Part shown: one piece after another, positions 59,801 through 64,000 of the stretch
Position numbering within the stretch: the stretch's first letter is position 1
Layout of the letters: each line of letters begins with the position of its first letter
Assembly: GCA_036172245.1 (NCBI GenBank)
Contig: JAYWIR010000074.1
Span: forward strand, 124,001 to 188,000
Source: Raillietiella orientalis
Lineage: Eukaryota
Direction: 5' to 3'
Length of the DNA: 64,000 nt
The notes under the pieces: model-generated
What the model saw: only the letters and a program-made list of their open reading frames with translations
Told to the model about the DNA's origin: nothing
Databases searched by the model: none
Position numbers and translations under genes: made by a program

Positions 59801-62414
59801 AGGAAATCGTGGATGCCTTACAAAGGCATTACACGAAACACGTTAGGCGACTACATCTCTGTCGCTCTAGTCAACAGGCCTTTCTGAGCTACCTCGAGAA
59901 GAAGACCGACGATCTCCAGCGGAACAGACTGGAGGGGAAATTCTCCGAAGACGAGGTCTAGACTGCGTTTGGTCAACTAGGCAAGGACGTGGCAGCGGGC
60001 CCTGACAGCGTACCCAACACTCACTATCAGCGGTACTTGCATGCTTACCTGCGTTTGTTCCACCAGTTGGCCCTCTGCATCCGAAAAGAAGGAAGACTCC
60101 CGGTATCCTTCTACGAGAGTAGGATGAGCTTGCTGCCAAAAAGAGGCGATCACACGCAGGTCGCTCAATGGAGGCCGATCTCGATCCTGAACTCAGATGC
60201 CAAGTGGTTGGCGAAGATCTGGTCCAACCGCTTAGGCAAGGTCATGTCGAGGCTCATGTCTCCGGTCCACACGTGTGCAGTCCCTGGACGTCACATGTCG
60301 GACAATGTCAAGTGTGCCCAGGCCACCGTCGGACTAAGCCGATACGTCGGCGAGAATCTGGCGCTGGTGTTCACTGACATGGAGAAGGCTTTCGATTCCA
60401 TCGACCATGCGATGCTGCTGAAGGTTCTGGAGAAGCCACGCCTTCCGGAACACTTCAGCAACTTCGTGAGGGTGGTACTCCAGAACCAGTACTGCCGAAT
60501 CAAAATCAACAACCAGGAGACGGCAGCAATCCGGATGGAACGGGGAGTCCGGCAGGGCGATTCGATAAGACGGATGCTGTTCGTCATCTACATGGAGGCG
60601 TTGTCGTCCTTTATCGAGAAGAGCGGACGACTGCAAGGCATAACAATCGATGGCCAGCGTCTTACCCATCTGGCATACGATGATGATCTACTCTTCTTTG
60701 TCAAGGGAGAGAGAAATCAACGAGCGTTTCTGGATGTGGTAGACCTGATGGATCAAGGCCTCGGTCTAAAGATCAACGCCCAGAAAAGCCAGCTCTTGCG
60801 CGTTGGTATCTTCGATCTCTCCACTCTAGCGGGGAGAGGATTCCGAATGGTGGACAAGGCCACATATCTGGGTGTCTACATTGGCGACGTCTCCGCGTGG
60901 AAGCTATTGTGGATCGAGATCCTAGGGAAAACGGCCAAGGAAGCAGCCAAGTACACCCGAACGGAACTTGGAAAGCAGCGATAGGCCAACATATGGAACG
61001 GAGGACTTCTTCCAAAAGTGCTTTCCGGGGCGGCCGTCGCGAGGATGAACAAGGAAACCACGAGGGAGTTCGACAATCTGCAGAGAAAAACACTGTGGGG
61101 CCACTATCGCCCAAGAGTCCGACTAAAACCCCTGTGTCGTCCCAGGGAAGAAGGCGGTTCCGGGATGAAGTCGCTTGCACACTCCATAGAAATCATGGAT
61201 ACGCGACACATCCTGGACATTGCCACTCACTGGGATGACTGGCCCTATGCGGCGCACAGGGAATACGCGTTGTTGTTGAAGAACTCGAAAGGCCTGATGA
61301 CTGCTCTGCTAGGCCGAGCATGCGAATGGAAACATATCGACCCAACGTGGACGAGGAAGCAACGCCTGTTGCGAAAGCACAAAATCAAAATCGTGCCGAG
61401 AAGCAGGGAACTCTGACAGGACGAGTACATCCTGGTGATCCCTTGGATGCTTCCTGTCCCGCCGGACACGAGAAGCTGGATCCACCAGCGGTCCAGAGTT
61501 ACCCTTCAACGAATCCAGGAGTGGAAACGAGGATGGTACCTACATTACACTCGTATGCTTAGGTATATAGAGATGATGTTTGGATGGTTTACCCACATGA
61601 CTCGCGAAGTGTGGTTCAATCACAACGACTTTTCGTGGTCCAGGTTAACCAAAACAAACCTACGGAGACTAATTGAAGAAGAACACAATGATATTAGTTT
61701 CCTCCAGGAAGCCGCCGATCGCTACGGGAGTGACCGGATCAACTTGTTAGCGATATGCACCACGCTCTGGAGGAGTGACCTTCCGCCGGGCACCCAGGAT
61801 GGCCTCCTGATGTTTTATCATGGAGGAATCTAGAGTGGGTCCCGATTGCAGCACTACACCGGAAAAAGGGAAGATCGAGACTGCACAGCATGTCGAGACA
61901 TCGCCACGAGATTCCACGTCTTGACGTGTCCCACATTGCTGCATGACTGGCTGATCCTGAAAAGGAACATCGGACTCACCACCAGGTACGTAATGGAGAT
62001 CCTCGCCGGGATGTTTCAGAGGAATGGTAATGTTCCCTGTTACAATCCCATGGTGAGGACGACCATCGCCCTCTTCATCACCGCCATACTTGTGCGGTGG
62101 TGGAAAATGAGGAAAGCCAGAAGAGCCGCACCACCGATGGAGATCCTACAAGGGCTCCTGAAGAGAGAAATCGAGATTAGAAACTGTGGGAAAATCCAAG
62201 CCTGGACGTACCGATTCATCCTGAAGAGGATAAAAGACGACGCCCGGGACCAAACAGCAGGAAACCCACCATGGGTGCAGAACTTGTGAGAACCCAAGGA
62301 CTTCGTAGTGGTAAAAAAAGTGCTAATGGTATGGATGAGATTGTAGTGTGAATGTTTTTATAGATAAATTTCAGAAAAATAAATTTACCCCACCCCTCGT
62401 GGGACTCGGGGAAA
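56814..62414 (+). mobile_element. Family D copy D3, full length, most divergent; ORF1 intact, ORF2 heavily broken (YDDD in place of YADD)
   Basis: ORF2 pieces 58757-62289; divergent 3' UTR; AATAAA 62378 plus hairpin; target copy actgccgagtcggcga 62415-62430. Confidence 0.9.
56983..58743 (+). CDS. Intact ORF1 of D3 (586 aa): Ala/Pro repeats, central globular region, three CCHC zinc knuckles, Glu-rich probable coiled-coil tail
   Basis: Open from ATG 56983 to TAG 58743; three CX2CX4HX4C motifs; 13-nt spacer to the ORF2 ATG. Confidence 0.88.
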   Translation: MQAPRRGVERPPSSMEAMEVTCGNGEAVAGMPRIAPAAGFAAPAAAMPRVVPAAATPRIVPTAGKVAPAAAMPRVPPATVTAATSMFAPAAVASQAGPAGVHAVQGATPSCSAAASQPFSYASVAAGQASVHPPRKFGKPLSGNVLKVDRPIDEIGPNVKPIIFKTGLIKFNNIREVYLSLDKTDIDFDRIQAIIPSNNGFTVFTDCENIRERLIQKEINIQGRMVCGIGEMPYTTVFLNGISILTPQLAVWNYLEQFGEVLDLDFQNFSDNIFSGDMIAKMKLTEGAVIPGLAVIDEQSQGVNVRYRQQPVFCTGCKQFGHRAGACPTCRCFRCGKVGHQVRNCPQLEVCSFCKKHGHAKWSCPEFENCRRIRGLSPVRERNIKEAELPQMAGRQKKVKEAVPVSADGFIEVGKKGKRRMLVKEQGTPQILEAAEQEGDKTEVAQEGAKEERQEATKVSQEALQTTEELATLTEETMEVQSGPQQEKILQKIRTAQENINQVVEVAEREKLEEQLLDVKANFCAKVEIEALSRKLIAQAEHSTEEAEITDLTGTKSDAGSEKPAASSLSGRARSLRQKKLRKAKK

Positions 62415-62430
62415 ACTGCCGAGTCGGCGA

Positions 62431-63660
62431 TGGGGCGACTGCATGCAGCGTGCTTTTGCTCGTCGCGACGCTGCTTTTTACGGCTTTCGTAGCCTTTGCA
62501 GTGGAGCCTGCGCTACAGTGGGGCTGTCCGGAACTCGGAAGGGACAACGGAAAGGGGCAAGAAGTCTTCGCACTGTTGCGATCTTCCTGTTTTCCTACCT
62601 TTCTCTCCAGGGTGTTACGGAGATTTCCTGGTTCCTGGCTCGGAGAGGTGCCTGCGAGTTTGGCAGAGAGGGAAGGCACTGCACGCGTCAAACGCTCGCA
62701 CCCCTTTTTAATTTTCTTCCACGCCGTGACTTTCCCCTTTCGGGACGTTGCGGGCGGGGATGCTTTCCTTTCATCCACGGATCGCTCGTCGTTTTTTGCG
62801 AGTTTTTGCGGACGACGTTTTTTATTTGCCGCTGCGGCTTTTCTTGCAGTGGTCTCTTGAACCCGACGAATTTCCGCTGCGGCTCTTTTTCTTGCAAGTC
62901 CCGGGCACTTTTTGATTTCGTGCCCGGAATCTTTGCAATAGCGGCATCTTGGAGAGGGGCACTCTTTAATTCGCTGCCCCTCCTTGCCGCACTGCTCGCA
63001 CGCGCGAGTCTGGCCTATGAACCACAGGTGAACGACCGTGCCGTTCACCTGCAGCTTCTCAGGCACAACACGCCTGTTCGCGACGGTGATCCGTGCGGAG
63101 GCTTTTCCAATGTGGACATAGGGGAAATCCTTTAGAGGATTTGGCCTCCCCCACAGAGTGTGCACGGTGGCGAACTTCGCCTGCACACTTACGACATCGC
63201 GGTCGGAGATTTCAGGTTCGATGTCGCACAATTGAACGACAAAAGAGTCGTGCATCGCGGTAGGTAGGACTTCCTTGCCATTGATGGTTAACGGCGTACG
63301 GAGAAGGCGCTGCACAAGTGCTGCGTTCTTGCACCGAATCTTGGTATATTCCATCCTGCCAGCAGGCATTATGGCAAGAAGTTCCTTCTCGCGAACGCCT
63401 ATCCGTACGAGCTCATCATTGAGCTCACGACCTATTCTCCCGTTAAGTGGCACACTGACCTTATAACGGAGTGCAGGCATGTATGCTGATGACACATATG
63501 CCTGGAACTCCGCATCGCAGGGTCCTGGTCTTTTGGAGGTAACGGCGGCGTAACTCCTCACCGGGGGCGAGGAAACCATTACGGAGGATGCGGCCACTTC
63601 AAGTGCAGCTGAAGTGCATCCAGTGGCTTGCTCCTCCACACTATCCTGTGTACTGGCGAT
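62431..63660 (-). pseudogene. C2 ORF1 N-terminal part up to the D insertion site; start codon mutated to ATC
   Basis: ORF track 62371-63639 matches C1 ORF1 and reaches SPTRQ at the insertion point. Confidence 0.8.
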
Positions 63661-64000
63661 GTTGCACTATGCTACTTGTCAGATTGCACAGTTACACACA
63701 AGTGCGAGCAAAAACGCAGGCACAAAGTTGCCCGATCGTTGGCGCGGACAGACGCGGAAACACGTCTGCACTGTACGAGCGCAAGAGATCGAACGGATCT
63801 CCGGAGGGCGGCAATAGTACTGGTGTGGGAGAGCGAAAAGTTGCGCTGTCGCCTACCTGCTTCGGCCAGCCGTCGAGGCCGCGGCTCGGGGCGTGCAGTT
63901 CGACGATTACGGTCGTGTCGGCCAGCTGACTCTCAGGTGGTCCGACTCGATCGATCTGATCGTCAGGAACGTGTACGCACCGAGCGGCGCGGAGGATGTG

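Larger units (their letters stand above)
45532..62430. repeat. Four copies of the D target CCTGCCGAGTCGG(C/T)GA at 45532, 51170, 56798 and 62415 separating three head-to-tail D elements
   Basis: Direct repeats read from the sequence; first copy has T at position 14, last has A at position 1. Confidence 0.92.
40948..63777 (-). mobile_element. Family C copy C2, full length and degraded, ORF1 interrupted by three tandem D copies (pieces 63777-62415 and 45547-40948)
   Basis: Reverse-complement match to C1 along its length; EN 44873-43878; RT fragments 43817-42456 (YADD); 3' hairpin 40952-40977. Confidence 0.9.
40936..63789. repeat. 12-bp TSD AGCGCAAGAGAT (40936-40947 and 63778-63789) flanking C2
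   Basis: Exact direct repeat 22.8 kb apart at the two C2 termini. Confidence 0.9.
40402..64000 (+). mobile_element. E-like element (E'), lacking its 5' part; pieces 40402-40947 and 63778-64000 (runs off the window); host of C2
   Basis: 40402-40710 closely matches E ORF1 (reverse of 35740-36040); EN starts at TAATG 40782-40786 (WNVNG, LQEIH) and resumes at 63778 (AQEIERISGG...NVYAPSG). Confidence 0.82.

Noticed and set aside
45532..62430. Regularly spaced 16-bp repeats as a CRISPR array or recombinase att sites
   Set aside because: The intervening segments are 5.6-kb retroelements, there are no cas or recombinase ORFs, and the repeat is part of C ORF1, so it is a TSD.
23907..63777. C1/C2 inverted repeat as terminal inverted repeats of a DNA transposon, or repeats as LTRs
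   Set aside because: Each arm is a complete LINE with its own TSD, and no transposase, integrase or protease was seen.
1..64000. RIP-like hypermutation or a non-standard genetic code to explain in-frame stops
   Set aside because: The sequence remains GC- and CpG-rich, stops are of all three types and mostly copy-specific, frameshifts co-occur, and two ORF2s are fully open in the standard code.

Overview
The whole 64 kb is a eukaryotic-type cluster of non-LTR retrotransposons (L1/Tx1-like: ORF1 with CCHC zinc knuckles; ORF2 with APE endonuclease, YADD reverse transcriptase and a C-terminal CCHC). I found no host gene, RNA gene or CRISPR array. About 15 element copies from at least six related families (my own labels A-F) are nested inside one another, and each family sits at its own site inside another family. 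Most nestings are confirmed by target-site duplications (TSDs). B is in the GDFN endonuclease motif of A (9 bp TSD). E is in the A endonuclease-RT linker (17 bp). A is in the GFG site of E (11 bp). C is just downstream of the QEIH motif of E-like elements (12 bp). D is in ORF1 of C (16 bp), once singly and once as three tandem copies. F abuts the DLHKxFD RT motif of B, with no second TSD copy in the window. Nesting is four levels deep (A>E>C>D) and reciprocal (A>E>A). No element has a poly(A) tail: all end in AATAAA (AAAAAA in one copy), a GC-rich stem-loop and a few A-rich bases. The endonucleases are about 17-21 aa shorter than human L1 EN in the segment that carries its target-reading hairpin. 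Only two ORF2s (25404-28922 minus, 31563-35135 plus) and one ORF1 (56983-58743) look intact. The most interesting reading is a community of retrotransposons that target each other sequence-specifically, possibly forming a centromere-like or silencing cluster. The organism cannot be determined from the sequence, and I could not check novelty against databases.
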